From: Craspedostauros australis | Lineage: Eukaryota | Length of the DNA: 44,700 nt | Direction: 5' to 3' | Assembly (NCBI GenBank): GCA_030167865.1 | Contig: JALAGF010001873.1 | Span: 1 to 44,700, forward strand | In this document: piece by piece, positions 44,427 to 44,700 of the stretch | How the letters are laid out: each line of letters opens with the position of its first letter | Numbering within the stretch: position 1 is the first letter of the stretch | Notes under the pieces: model-generated | Told to the model about the DNA's origin: nothing | Seen by the model: only the letters and a program-made list of their open reading frames with translations | Databases searched by the model: none | Made by a program: the position numbers and the translations under genes

Positions 44427-44700
44427 AACAGATTAGAACAGATCGTCAAGGAGACAACCGCAGATACTTTGCTGTCATTACGCAAATACATGTGGATCGA
44501 CAACGCATTGTAGAGTATAATACCATAATACTATATTGCATTACATAAGATGATATGATATGATATTCTATAGTATAAATCACTCTCTATCTGGTAGGGC
44601 TCATTCGCAACAGATACCATCCTCCAACACTTGCATACCTATTACACATGACATGTCTCTCCACACTTGTACTCACATCAACATTGATTACTTTTCGTTG

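Overview
Eukaryotic, intron-containing genomic DNA, most probably from a diatom or related photosynthetic stramenopile. This is an inference from the bipartite plastid-targeting N-termini with A/S-A-F motifs, the single-chain urease with a transit-peptide-like extension and the diatom-type BTB-SAP tail. I can model about 16 protein genes. All spliced models below were checked by hand for GT-AG boundaries and frame. They are: urease (5 exons), a TM9SF/EMP70 nonaspanin, a PP2A B'' regulatory subunit, a small hypothetical protein, a plastid-targeted S51 peptidase, THF1/Psb29, a plastid-targeted hypothetical protein, pterin-4a-carbinolamine dehydratase, a long RS/G/P/H-rich protein, a Patched/Dispatched-family SSD transporter, an ankyrin-BTB protein, an RVxF-motif hypothetical protein, an RCC1-repeat protein, a YqgF-like protein, SNRNP27 and an LSD1-type zinc-finger protein. 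I found no rRNA, tRNA, CRISPR array or transposase. The window looks mostly like ordinary gene-dense euchromatin and I cannot demonstrate a new multi-gene system. The best leads are a strong-context uORF whose stop overlaps the PP2A B'' start codon (ATGA), a stop-interrupted START-like frame with an internal duplication at 40.4-41.5 kb, a catalytically degenerate YqgF-like gene next to an RCC1L-like gene, a stop-free 3n intron in the Dispatched-like gene, and an ankyrin-BTB-SAP fusion.
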